Shown one piece after another: positions 50,201 to 61,959 of a stretch of DNA of 64,000 nt. The stretch comes from Raillietiella orientalis (lineage: Eukaryota): NCBI GenBank assembly GCA_036172245.1, contig JAYWIR010000001.1, positions 6,634,001-6,698,000 on the forward strand. The letters are read 5' to 3'. The notes beneath the pieces are model-generated. The model saw nothing but the letters and a program-made list of their open reading frames with translations, made no database searches and was not told where the DNA came from. Within the stretch, counting starts at the first letter, position 1, and each line of letters opens with the position of its first letter. Position numbers and translations under genes: made by a program.

Positions 50201-53200
50201 GCAAACTGAACCTCCGTATGAACGCGCGATGTTCCGCGGCTTCCGTCAGGTTCAGCCATCCCAACCACGCGGACCGAGATCACGGCCCAACGCTCCACCC
50301 TCTTCCTGCTCGCGCCTCACGGACTTCCTTGTGCACAGGGATTTACAGGGATCGTTCCATCCCCCCACTCGATGAGCTCTCGAAGGGGTAGGTGCGCGCG
50401 CGCTCTTCCCGCCGATGTCCCACAAACGGAGTGCCCCCACGCACTCGCAGACGGGACCGAAGTTCCGGGTGCGCAGGATGCCTGAACGCTTCATCGGAAG
50501 ACGAGCGCGCGTGCCTGGACGACCGGAAGAGGCCTTGAGGACGGAACAGGAGCTTCTTCGGCCCACGTCGAGAAGAGCACCAGCGCCGCACCAAGGACAC
50601 CGGAGCGGCGGGCCCTTCCTCTCTGGTCCACAGCGCCCGTCCTCAGCCTCCGTTGCGCTTAAGGAAGAGGAATCGCTCCTGCCGCCCACGTCCCAGACCT
50701 TCTTCCCACGGGAAACAGGTGACAGACGGTGGCGATTTATCCGAGTGCGCCCCGTCGGAAAGCCGAAGACCCCACTCCGCTCCTCGGCGCCCGCGGGCAC
50801 CAGCTTGTCGCGCTGTTCGGAGCCGCTGGCGTCCACGTCGCCGCAGTCCCCGAAGCCGGACGGCACTCGCGACGTCATCGCTCCCGCCAGATGCTCGAAA
50901 ACTAACGGTTTCGGTTTCCCGCCGCCTGCACCGATCTCCTGGTTTCCCTTCCCGCTACATCCGAGGTGGCCACCCTTCTGCAAGTTCCTCCCACCCGTTG
51001 CGAGGAAGGAACCGTCGAGCCCTCCCCTCGGGAGCAGGGGAGACGGCGCAGCCCGCAGCCCAGGCACAGTCCGCGTTCGGACAATCTACGGCATCCCTTC
51101 CACCGCTGGGCGAGGAGTGTTTCCAGGAAAACGTCTTCAAGGACACGCTGAGGGGCCAGCAGCCAGTAGCCTGGCAGCGTTCGCTCTCCGTCGTCGTCGC
51201 GCCTTTCCTAGCGGGAGGCGCTCCGCGCGCACAGCCCCTGGGACGCACGGAGCGACTTCCCCGCTCCGCTCGGAGATGGCAGCACGATGCCCCCCTTCCT
51301 CCGCAGAGGGAGAAACCACCAGCTGGCCCAAAGAGGTTCTTCCTGGAAACGCCGCAAGTCTCCAAAAAGCATGCACCCCGGATTCCTTCGCTCCCCTAAT
51401 CGAGGGAACCTTCGCCTGTACGCCTTCCCGCTTCCCTTTCGCTGCGGGCGATCTCGTTCTCCCCGGAAGGGAAGGGATAGGAGCGCAGCGTTGCTGGGAG
51501 CTCTGCTGGGCTACAGCAACACCGCGCCCTCGCTGCTGAGGCCGGAAAAAAGGAAACATGGAAATTCCCCTTTTCCTCGGAATGGGACCGCTCCGTTCCC
51601 ATCCCGATCAGATTGCTAGTCCCTGACACGGAGTCCCGTTCCCTGAGGGCGAGGGTAAGATAATTGGAACAGTTGGCGTTATCACGAGACTTCGCGCACG
51701 TGCCGCACGCCAGCCTGGGCCACGACAAGCACGCGGCAGCGTACGGGAGCTCGCCAACGGGACTCAAGGGATACGGGACCTGTTCGCGTGAAGTTCGACC
51801 GTTTCGCCTCTGCGCCGAGATTTCACGTGCCTGCTGCGGCCCACGCGCGACAGGATCGCCCTCTCCGTGGGGTCAGTCACCCTTCCGAAATTCTTGCTGA
51901 GACAGTTCCCACACCAGAGGGGAACACTCCCACGCTTTTCCGCGCAACCCCAGCATGCGACTTGGTCCGGCGCACCCTCCTCTTTCCGCAACATCGTATG
52001 CACGGCCCTGGAACGGAACGCGCAATGGCGCAGAAACATTGGGCTGGCCTTATCACTGGCCTTCTTCGCCACTCTGCCTGGCACCTTCCGCAGGTCGGGG
52101 TGCGCGCCGCGGAGATGGCACTGCAAAGGCCGCGCGCCACAGAGCCCCCTCCGTGATGCGCAGCATTCGTTTCCAATTGCTCCCTTCCGTTTCCGCATGC
52201 TCCGATGTGCCCGTGGAGGGAATTCGACTCGACCCCTTCCCCGTCCTCACGGCGCGCGCGTGCTGCAGCTTTTTGGGGGAACTTTCCTGCTGACGGCGAG
52301 ACTTCCGGAGGGTCCGCTCGGCCCCTACCAGCACCTGCAGCGATTCCCTAATGACGGGGTTTCCCGAGCGATGGCTCACGCAACCGGGACACGGCAAGGC
52401 GTCCTCCGGGAAGAGGAGCCCCGTTGTTCTCCTGCGCTGCGCGGCCGACGACCTACACGGCGTCCGTCCTCTCTCGTTTGCCGAGCACGGTCTCGTCCGG
52501 AGGGAGCCCGGCGGGAACACGTGGTAGGCGATGAGCGAGGCCTTCCTCCCGCTCCGCCTCCTCGCGATGTCGTCGTCCCGCTTTCCAGCGGCAGCGCCAC
52601 TGGAGACGTGCAGGCGCTGCCCTCCACGTGTGCTCCAGAGGCGCGGCCGGTATCTGAGACCGAGAAGAGCGCCGCGTGTGAGAGATTGGGGAAGGAAGAA
52701 GCTCCTGTGCCGTCCGAGGACCGTGCTCGTTGGTCCGGAAAACCCACTGATCACAACCCCAAGAAGAAGGGTCTGCTTTCCTCTCCAGGGGACTCCGTTG
52801 TGCGGCGTCCAGCGGTCACCTGTCGTAGCTGCGCGAGTGAAGAGCCTGCGCGGAAGGGCGCAAAGGACGCCTGGTCGCGGGAGCCTCCCCCAGCGGACGG
52901 AAGCTCCTGCGAAAGGGGAGGGTCCTCGCATCTGCTAAAGAGCGAGTTCAGGAGAGCGCAACCGACCGCACGTCGACCACCGACCGGGCGGCCGATCGCC
53001 TGGTGAGGCGCACCGCCTGTTGGCGTGCCGAAGCGCTCGGAACGCCAACTTGGGTCGCGGCTGACATTGCTCTCTGTCTTCCATGTCGCTCGTGCGCCAC
53101 CCACGCAGGTGCTTTGCCGCGCTTCCCGTCCCCGCTCACCGGCGACAAACGGCGTTCATGCGAGGTCGCCGATGAGATGCAGACGGGGAGTTCGGCGGAA

Positions 53201-54330
53201 AAGGCGCGGTCGGTCGAACGGACGGGCTGCTGCAAGGTGACCCTCATCCGCGACGCGAGACGACAGGAAGGAGAGCCGCGCTTCACCGTCCCCCTGCGAT
53301 CAACCCGTTGGCGGTGCCTTTCGACCCTTGAGTCCTGCTAGCGACAAGAAGCGATGGCGACCCTGGCGTCCGAGGAACGGGCTAGCTGTCAAGGAACGTC
53401 CGGAGGTCCGCAGAGGCAACTGCCGTTTCGGAGCGCGTGACCTCCGACGTGCAGGTCGCATGCTGATGGTGGTCGCGCGCTCCGACGCCGAGGTCAGCGT
53501 GCTGCCTGCGGGTCGAACGCGCAAGGCTGAACCTACTGGCCCACGTTTTGCCTCTTACGTGATCCTCGTAGGAGCAGTTGGGAGAAATCTCCTCGGGTCT
53601 TTTCGATGACGCCTCGCGGCCACAGACGATGCTGCTACGAGCGAGGCGCTCCGCCCTCAGCCTATGGGCAAACTGTGCGCTTCCTGGAGGCAGCGAGTCC
53701 GTTCCCCGAGACGATCTGCTAGTGGTCTCGACACGCCGGTCGATGCGAGTGGCGCAGTCGGGCGCTTGAGGCCTGGCCAGCGCCGTCCGCGGCTCCCGTC
53801 GAGTGCGTCGCTGGTTGCTCCTGCTCTTGCTCGACACGCGTGCGGCTCCCGCGAGTCGTCGCGGGGACTGCTGGTACTGCAGGCACCGGGCGAAGTTTCG
53901 GTTGCGGACATGCTGCTCTCTGTCGGCTTTCAGTCTGCGCAGGCAGGATCGGTGGTGGTGGCTCTGCAGCGCGGCCACCCCGCCTCTGGGTCTGCGTGGG
54001 TGGCTCCGCGCGCGCAAGAGCGGTCCAGACGGATTGGATTCTTCTCTGCTTGCGTGCTTTCTTGCAAATGGTTGCTGACGTTCGGAAGTCATTCTGGGGC
54101 CGAATCTGGGAATTGCCGCACGGTCGACGTGGATGAGACCCAGCGTGGCCGCTCGTTGCTTCCGAGCGTCTCTAGAGTGGGTTCCATGTGTTCCCTGGAA
54201 GCGGGTCCGACAGGCATCACCGGCGGATTTCGCAGCCGCTGCCTCACCCTATCACGTCCCGTTCGTCGGTCACTCTTCCTCCGCATGGGCCTCGGCAGGC
54301 GCGTGCGTGCTCGTGGCGGCGTCCAAGAAA
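47230..54330 (-). mobile_element. Near full-length (~7.1 kb) L1/Tx1-like non-LTR retrotransposon: decayed ORF1 with zinc knuckle, APE, RT, zinc finger, 3' UTR
   Basis: Candidate TSD TCGCTTCTC at 47221-47229 and 54331-54339. ACWGCAEK knuckle (~51950), APE remnant at ~50200-50900, RT ORF 47774-49726, ORF2 stop at 47461, 3' end AATAAACTCCCCGGCGCACCCGGGT. Confidence 0.9.
47774..49726 (-). pseudogene. LINE reverse transcriptase, 650-aa open remnant of ORF2
   Basis: NWRPITVINADAKLLAK, DLHKAFDCID, GIRQGDSPSPLLF, YADI (catalytic YADD damaged), GLRVNKTKS, FKYL, KGGLGL. Frameshifted at both ends. Confidence 0.93.
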
Positions 54331-54339
54331 TCGCTTCTC

Positions 54340-54680
54340 GGCCTTTTGGCTAGGATCAATATGAAGCTTGGTAAAACAAATTTTTACTTATAAGAACGTT
54401 GCAGTTGGGTGTATGTATGGGCAGCTGTGGCTTTCCCCAATCTGCCATTCTTTCCGAGGCCTCCGTGGCAGCGGCGTCTTTCAGAGGGGGCGAGCAGCGA
54501 GAAAGCCAACCTTTCCCGCTCACGTGGTTGCACGCGCGTGTATCCGCGCCTGCGCGCTTCCCGGACTGCAGCTGGCGAACCACCTTCTCCCTTCCCCTGC
54601 GCTCGCGATGCAGCAGTTCTGTGTTCGCTGTCCGATGGCGCGCGCAGCTACTGCAAAGCACAGGTTACGCTCCAGGCTGC
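54340..54680 (+). mobile_element. DIRS-like remnant, right part (tyrosine recombinase N-terminus)
   Basis: YVWAAVAF..RLSEGA (YxAAISxxH..RFLxGA) and TFSLPLRSRCSSSVFA (FLLALxSxxRxSELxAL). It resumes right after the LINE TSD. Confidence 0.45.
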
Positions 54681-55025
54681 TGCTTCCTTCAAGAGTTCAG
54701 AGAAAATTTCAAAACGTATCTCCCGGGTTCTCTTCGGAGGAGGACGGCAATGGCGGTCCTTGTGCGGTGTCCTTCGGAGAAGGAATTCCCAGAGTCATCG
54801 AAGGGTGGTCCTCTTTTAGTGTATCTACGGAAAGAATGAGGAAGAGGGTTTCTTCAGGGTTCCCATCGGAGACAACCAAGCAGAGGTTTCCCTTAGGCGT
54901 TCCCTCCGGAACGTAAGAGGAACGTACTCCTTTCCCCGGAGTGTCCCTGGATTCACACTTTGGTCCACTCCCGGGGTATTCGCCAACTCGAAGAGTGACA
55001 CGCACCTCCGGGTGGCGTGTAGCAG
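54680..55025 (+). mobile_element. Repeat family X copy 5 (partial)
   Basis: GGGTTCTCTTC, GGAAAGAATGAGGAAGAG, CGGAGACAACCA, CCTGGATTCA, ACGCACC..CGGGTGGCGTG, colinear with 37920-38215. Confidence 0.75.
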
Positions 55026-55199
55026 CGTTGAAGAGCCTCGTGAGCGCCCTCTTAAGTGGGGTCTTCAACTCGGGTGGCGGTTTCTTTGTGGCTTCGTTCC
55101 GCCAGGGTGTGCGCATGACGCGGGTCGGCTACTTTAGCTCAGAGAGTCGGCGGCATGCCCGCCTACGCAGCCCCGTTACCATGCTCTTTAGTGATGCAG

Positions 55200-55970
55200 C
55201 TGCTTTTCTTGCATCCGGCTGCCAAAAGGAATGTCCTTAGGGGTTGGCAGGATGAAGGGGGGGCTGGTGCTTCGCTTGCTTTTTCCTCCCATTTGCCTTC
55301 TGCTGGGAGGGCTCTGGGATGTTTCGCAAGGAAGAACTTGGTCTGAGTGTGCAGTTCTTTTTGTGAAAGGAGGAGTGAAACCCGGTGAGCAGTCGCCGCG
55401 TCTCTGCTCCTGTGGACTCCAGCCACCATCGACAGTCACCAAATGGTGCATCGATCTTGAGTATCAGGGTCTTTTACCCATAATTGGTTGCCTTTGTGCT
55501 GGCTAAATTCAAGTTCCCTCCTGGGTAACGTCTGCCATTTGAAATCTGGCAGGGAAAAGGGGACTACTGTCTGGGAAGAGTGTGCCAGTTAGGTTGCTGG
55601 GATGGAGAATTAATACGTTAGGAAGAAGTCGCCTTGGCCGGGTGCCAGGCTATGTAGACTGGCTGCATAATTAGAGGATAAATCCTCAAAACGTGGCGAT
55701 GGATTGGTCTCAGGCTTCAGTGGCTGCTGATGATCTCGCAAGCTGGGACCCTTCCTTCCCCTTCCTTCCCTCTGCGGAGTCTTGTTCATTTGGAAAGTGT
55801 TGAAGAGTTCTCCTGAGCATTCCCATTGAAGATTTAGGTGGTGAAAAATCAATGCTTCGTTGATGCATTCGGTTAGCTTTGGGATGGTCAGGAAGCAGAT
55901 GGGAGTTTTGCAGAAATTCTCAGCAGAATCACAGGATGAGTCGGAGACAAGCGGCAGGTTGAGGGGATGG
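55200..55970 (-). pseudogene. Maverick penton (PZ) remnant (element H)
   Basis: LPLVSDSS...NFCKT...LQWEC (TLPSxSS..N..FxT..WEV) and downstream VTVD..SPQ..RGD (VYxD..PQxVGD). Confidence 0.4.
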
Positions 55971-56249
55971 TCGCTTCCATTTGCGTGTGTCCCTGTTGCT
56001 TCAGCGTGTTTGCGATTGGTTTTTCGATTGCAGAAAATTGGGATTATCCGTTTCGGACTCGAAGAGTCCACGTTGGGCACTACTGAAGAATTGTCAACCC
56101 TACAGGGCGGTCGCGGCAGCATGGTTCAGTCTCTACAAGACAACATGGAAACAAGGAACGCGGGAGAAGAAGACTGGAACAAGGCTGAAGAAGAGCGGAA
56201 AAGGTGAAATCGGCATCCAGGAATCGGAAATCGCCAGTGCCTGCTTTCG

Positions 56250-56606
56250 TCCCCGACAATCTTAGGCAGCAGATGGATGGTTGGTATGGATAGCTCGCGG
56301 ATCTGCATCTTCAAATGAGCTTCGCTAGCTTCTTGCAGGCCAACAGGGGTGCCGAGCTTTGGAAGCGTGAATCCGTCCTGAAATTCTTCAGCCATTTTGA
56401 GGACGAAACGTTGGCATGCTAACTTGCGGGTCATCAGCCCCATGCGCTTCTGGTAGCAACGGATCTCATGTAAAGCAACTGTGCCTGACCGGTAACGATG
56501 AGGATTCTTCACACCTCTTGCATCTGGAGCATGGTTGCGAGCCTCCTCCGTTGCTAACGGCTTTGCCATCCGTACTCTTGCGTGCAGTTTGCTTCGTCCT
56601 GATCAA
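56250..56606 (-). pseudogene. H3: Histone H3 pseudogene (intronless)
   Basis: RTKQTARKSTDGKA / LATEEARNHAPDARGVKNPHRYRSGTVALHEIRCYQK..RKL..QRFV..LQEASEAHL. ATG lost; frameshifts and deletions present. Confidence 0.95.
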
Positions 56607-56619
56607 CAAGAAACCTTCT

Positions 56620-57750
56620 TCCAACCACTACGAGAAACCACTGCTTCAGAATTCTCGTTAAGACCGTAGAGGAAATTTTCCCCTTGTCAGGTTCGTGGGT
56701 GACCACGTAACCCGAGACAACCTGAAAGAGACTGCATTGGGAGCAGTTCCACAGAAAGTTTCGTCTCGAGTAACCCACGTTTGTTTCATCTCGGGATACC
56801 ATGCGGTGAGTGCTTTTGCGCATATCGTTCTAGTGGTTGCGGGTGGGAGCCTCTAGTCTTCTCGCCTCTTTCGAAAATCGGCGTTGTTTGGCGAAGGGTT
56901 AGGGACCGGGCTTCTCGTCACTGGGGAAACCAAATGCTTGGTTTGCAGGGGTCCGCTTGGGCTTGCGAAAAGATCCAACCTCTTGCTTCTTGCCTCAGCC
57001 CCCTCTGCATAGACCTCATTAGCCACGAAATCTAATTTCGCGAAAGAATGCGGAATTCAACTGCTCTAGTAAAAGACGAATCCATCTTTAGTTGGATTTT
57101 CCTTTCACTGGAGCAATTTTTCGGCAGCTGCTGAAGGCAGATCTTCTTGCAAGGAGGTGTCTTAATTGCATTCCCGGTTTCTATGGATTCAAACGAAATA
57201 GGAACTCCTGGCTGAGTTCAAGACACAGGAAGATGCACCTCGACTCACGGCTCGAACGTCTTTCATGACTAAATAGAGCTGACTATGGCGTTCCCATGAC
57301 TGCGCGCTTAGCCGTTTTCTTCAGCTGTTAAAGCTGCGTTCACCTTCCAACCCAGCGAGCCTATTCTCCCGCAAAGAGCGAGGCAGACCGAACGGACTTT
57401 CCTCTCGGAAAAAAAAAAGGGGGCTGCAGAGCAAATTTTTACCGGAATTCCAAATCTCATTATCCCACTCAAGAAGATTAACAAGCGCAATTAATTAAGA
57501 ACGCACATGAATTTGTCATGATAGGAGTGGACAGAAGCGCGGTGTGCAGCAGGAATTCCAAAAGTTGCAGTAACTTGCACATTTCGAAGGTCATGGTCCA
57601 AATAAATTTCTCGGCCCACATGAATTTTTAACGGACCTCCGCATCTCAGTTTCACCTGTGACAAGCACGGGTCTTGTGTATTTATTTTTTTATCATCTCC
57701 AGATTGTGTTGCTAGGGTACTCACGACACACCGCTTGCGCCACCCGCGCC
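56620..57750 (-). pseudogene. Maverick major capsid protein remnant (copy 3, element H)
   Basis: TQSG...DP...GPLKIHVGREIYLD(HD)LRNVQVTATFGI at ~57730-57550 (TQ..P..PIEFxI..YxDL..xLxV). Weaker C-terminal traces: GSHPQP and SLF..EPDKG. Confidence 0.55.
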
Positions 57751-58029
57751 GCCCCGCGGTACGTCCCGAAACGAGATCCCGGAATTGCCCGTTGATGTAC
57801 GTCGCCAATGCTCATTCCCTCGTTTCCCGAAGAGACACACTTTAGCAGCTAATGAAACAGCCGAAGAAGAAAAGAAGGGGTTTAATTTCTCCGGTATGCA
57901 GCTCTTGCAGGGGAGGCTGTCCCCGTAGGATGGAGCCCTCCGACCTGCAATGCTCTTTCAAAGGCAAACAAAACGAGATCTTCTTCGAGATTTCGACCGA
58001 ACGAGTCCTCCGGAGACGACGTGAAATGT

Positions 58030-58190
58030 GGGAATCCCATGTGACACGCCCGCTCCAAAAAGAGCCAAGACCAAAACAAACGCGGATCTCCGAAACTTGC
58101 AGCTCGGAAATAAAAAAAATTATTGGGGCCATTTGGAATCGGTGGCAGCTGCGAAGTCCAAGGACAAAAAAGAACTCGAGAATTCAGTAG
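58030..58190 (+). pseudogene. Possible HMG-box (Sox-like) remnant
   Basis: SHVTRP...QKE.RPK...SSEIKKIIGAIW resembles HVKRPMN...RxK...NSEISKxLGxxW, with an internal deletion. Confidence 0.45.
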
Positions 58191-58539
58191 GGAACGGAAT
58201 TCTGCATCCATTGTTCCCTTGTGCTGCAACGGGATTCGGAGCAATCTCTCCTGGAACCTGGGGAAGTTCCATTCAACCTCCATGGACATCGCGCGCTCCT
58301 GAAGAAATTCAGGAAGATTTCTCAGTACGATTCAGGCGATTCAGAACGTAGTGAGGAAACCTCGTACTCCTGGAGAAGGAATCCAAGAAAGGGAATTTCA
58401 GGCACGGGACCTTCATCTACAGAAGGGGCTGCACTCTAAGAAGAGATTGGATTCTGGGAGCGCAAATTCTGAACGTGGGCCCTGCTCGACGTGCATGCTG
58501 CGCAGTCCACCCACACCATGCTGTTGCAGCCACGTTGTC

Positions 58540-58690
58540 AAGGTGAATGTACCAAAGAGCAAGAAGACACTGCAAAATCTGTTAATATGATTTCATGGAA
58601 GATCTTGAATCAGGACGAGTTCCCCTGGACCGTTATCGCGAGAATGATCTGCAAAGGGGGCAAAGCTCCAGCAACATTTGTCAGCTAATC
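58540..58690 (+). pseudogene. Possible ribosomal protein eL42 (RPL36A/L44) remnant
   Basis: AAG (for ATG?) then VNVPKSKKT, a frameshift, then CKIC (MVNVPKTRRTFCKKC). Later RY and GQ traces. Confidence 0.35.
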
Positions 58691-58902
58691 TAAGAGTTTC
58701 GCAATTATAACAACGTGGAGAACCAGCTTCCTAGCCTTCTCTCCTGTTTTCAGTTTCGATCTGGATTATTATCCTGGAAAGGCAAGCATCCTCATCTAAT
58801 GATAGCCTAGATCATTAGCCACCAGTTTGCTGCTAGATAGTTTGATTGCAGGCGTTTCTTGAAGTACAGTTTGCTTGCCCGTATCCAGCTTCAGGATCAG
58901 AT

Positions 58903-59800
58903 TTGCACCCGGTGACGCCATGGCGTTTCTGCTACAAAGAGAAAATAAACCTACAAGTTGGGGGGGGAGCAACCATGGAGACGGCGATTCCCCTATAAAA
59001 TGACCAAGGGAAGTTCAAGGGCATCCCCTTGAACTTGCCTTGAGACTGCCGACCGGTTTTCTGAACGTCCGGAGTGGAAGGACAAAAAACAAAAATAACT
59101 TGGAGTGCAGGGGTAGGGTCTTTGGCTTTTCCCGTTCCTTCATGAAACAAACCAGGAAAAGTCCGGAACGGGCGGGAGTGGGCAGTAAACGATAATATAA
59201 AAAAGGAAGGTGGTCCAAGGGTCCCTGGCAATATCCGTTCCTTCCTGTCAGAAGCGGCGCAGGGTATCGGCGACCTCCTCCTTGATTTCCACGTCTACGG
59301 GAGGCCACCTGGCAGCCGTCCTCATGTGGACACAACTGTGATGCTGCTGGCGGCCTCCATTCGCTGCGTCCGAGGCTCCAGCAAGTGGCGAGCCGTAAAG
59401 ATGGAACGGATCCAACATGTCGTCGCCATCACGGCTCCTGTCGTGGTTCCACCTCTCGCGAAGAATCTCTGCAGAAAGTCCATCTCTGTGTTCCCGGTAT
59501 GCAGGGGTGCTGAGATCACCCTCCGTCCAAATTCCTGGAGGAGCGCTGCAATCCAACAAGAGTTGCGGGAGCGACCGAATCGCCCCGCACTTCAAACGGT
59601 TCGGGGACACGACGTTCCCGGAAATCGGGTTCCTACGCTGGCTGCACGGCAACCCCGATGCAGGAACAGAAGGATGCTCTCTCAAGAGGATGTCCATCGA
59701 AAAGCACCACTCGTTCACCGAGAACAGGAGGTCTTATGGCTTCAGAATCAGCAGTTTGTTTCGCTTCATCTCGATGGTTCCCGATATTCGCGATCTCTGC
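58903..59800 (-). mobile_element. LINE 3' fragment (same subfamily as 17403-17909)
   Basis: SPNRLKCGAIRSLPQLLLDC. Shares GGGTCTTTGGCTTT..CCGTTCCTT and GGCCACCTGGCAGCCG with the 17.6-kb copy. Degenerate terminal hairpin at ~58905-58925. Confidence 0.8.
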
Positions 59801-60849
59801 CAACGATCCACCCTCCAGACGGACGTGACGGGCAGTGTTTAAGGGCACACTTTTGTTTCTTTTTGTTTTTGTCTGCTCGAGTCACGAAGTAAAAATCCGA
59901 ATAGACCATCCAGAGATTCACTCGGTTGTAAGTGGGAAAGGATGCACGGAGAAACTGCCATTAAATGTGAATACGGATCCAAGTTTTTCCTTGTGTCCTC
60001 CGGGATCAGTGGGAATTTTTTTCCGAGTTCCATCTCGAGATAGACCTGCAAATCTGCCATGGTTTCACGGGTCCCTCCTGGATCGGATGCATCATCAGGT
60101 GAGAGCCTGATGTGACGCTCGTGCGCATCCATGCATTCTTTGCATATCAGCAGCACCAACTTGATTTACCGAGCCAGGTAGAGCAGGTCCGTTACATCAC
60201 CTGGTCCACCTTGCTCGTCTGGGAATGAAGTGCAACCGGAAAAAAAACACACACCTTGTGCAGGCTTTCTTGATCCGAAAGAAAAGAGCGATGACTCACC
60301 GAGAGAAAGACGCGATTGGAGCGGCTGACAAAAAAGGAAAAGAAAAGAAACGCGCGGGAAAATTCACGAAGAGGAGGCGTCGATTACTCCCACGAACGGG
60401 AGCCCGTACTTCTGGCGCAGGCGTCGTGCGCCACTTGCTCCTCCGCGTTCTAAATTTCAGAACTTCGTCTTTTTCTGTCTGAGCGACGGTTGGAGGGGTT
60501 TCCAGGGGTGCACTCGACTGTGCCCCCTCCTCAGAATCAGAATCCAAGCCCACAGACAGGTGCTCGCAGAGAATTCTCTCGCTGAAGCTGGAGTGAAAGC
60601 TCTCAAAACCCTCCTTCCTCAAATCAGACCCCAAATCTTGCAAATAAAATAAAATAAATAACTGGGAAAAGAGATCAATCAATACGCCTGCTCAGCTGAA
60701 GGATGCCAGAAGTTATTCCAGATCTGAGTAACGGAGTGCCCAATCCACTCAATCTATTCTCAAGTACCTAGGCAGAGATCAGTGGAGGGGAGTGAGATTT
60801 TAGAAGGAACCTAGAAGAATTCCGCACATGAGGTCCACCGGAGTGTCGG

Positions 60850-61640
60850 GAGGATTGCAAGAAGAGTCTAGTATGACACTGCAGGAACGGTGCGGACCGG
60901 AAGCGATGTTCTACCCCTTCCACTGGAACCACGTTGTTCGCATCGAATGTTCGAGGAGTGAAAGTCAAAGACTGGATCCAGGATTGGATCGGGAAGCTTA
61001 CAACACCTAAAAATCATGAGCTCCAGGAACGAGTGATCAAATAAGTGGTACGTCAAGTGATTTTCAGAGGGGAAACTGAACTGCTGTCGTTGCTAGTGTT
61101 ATGCTGTAAAAAGCAAAAAAAGTACTGCTGGGTTATTGGTCATGTGGTGTCTCTTCGCGCGCGAATCGATGTCGACTGCAGCTTCCCTCGCATATCTCTT
61201 CTGGCTTCGTGAGATTGTGGATGAGAAGCTGAGCCGAAAGGGGCCAGTCGAAACGTGAGACCATCGCAACAGTCCAATCCTACATGAGGAAGGTCGCAAG
61301 ATGGCCACATCTCTGCCAGCAAAAGGAAGAAGTCGCCAACATTCTCCAGAGGATGCTGGGAAGAAATCTGTGATCTCTTACTTGCCCTTTCTCCCTTGGC
61401 ATTTTTAAAATGAATTTTTCTGTTTTTTTTTTTGTTTTTGTTTACCCTATCCATCACTCCTCCTGTGCGGACCTCATCGGGGAGCTGCTGACGAGAAGCA
61501 GTACCTTCGATGCTTTTCCTTTCGTAATGGTGATGTGAAACCATTACAAAGAAAGACGTTCTCATATCTTATATGACTGGTTTTCTGTGAATATTTTTTA
61601 CAATGAATGCCCGGTGTGATCGGATGAAAATAAAAGACCT
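60850..61640 (-). pseudogene. Maverick integrase remnant (element I)
   Basis: YFHPITPG (YYxPxxPG, 61609-61632), WPSCDL (WQADL), KLQS (KLQTD), and a terminal QWKG (chromodomain VKWxG). Confidence 0.55.
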
Positions 61641-61959
61641 CCAGAAGAAATTTGTTTATACGAGAAGGAGTGGGAAAAAACGAAGATTTGCGGAAGATAC
61701 ACCACTAATTGAAATCTGATCCAAGTCTTGTAGTTTTAGAAGGCACGCACTATGGAGAAGCGATCGTAAATGCTGCACTATCTGAACTGCAGGAATAACG
61801 GAGGAATCAGTCTTCTTCCATCAAAGCAGCATGCTAATCAAATTCGAGTCCTTGGAAGAGGAAGTGGACGTCTCATTCCTTTCGAATGAATTCCTCAGAA
61901 TTGATGATCCTTCTTTTGCTGCCTCGGTTCCCAACTGATACTTGCTCTCAAAGAGTCGT

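Noticed and set aside
50250-54350. Many long overlapping ORFs (200-380 aa) on both strands
   Set aside because: Stop-poor GC-rich DNA of the decayed LINE ORF1/APE region, not independent genes.
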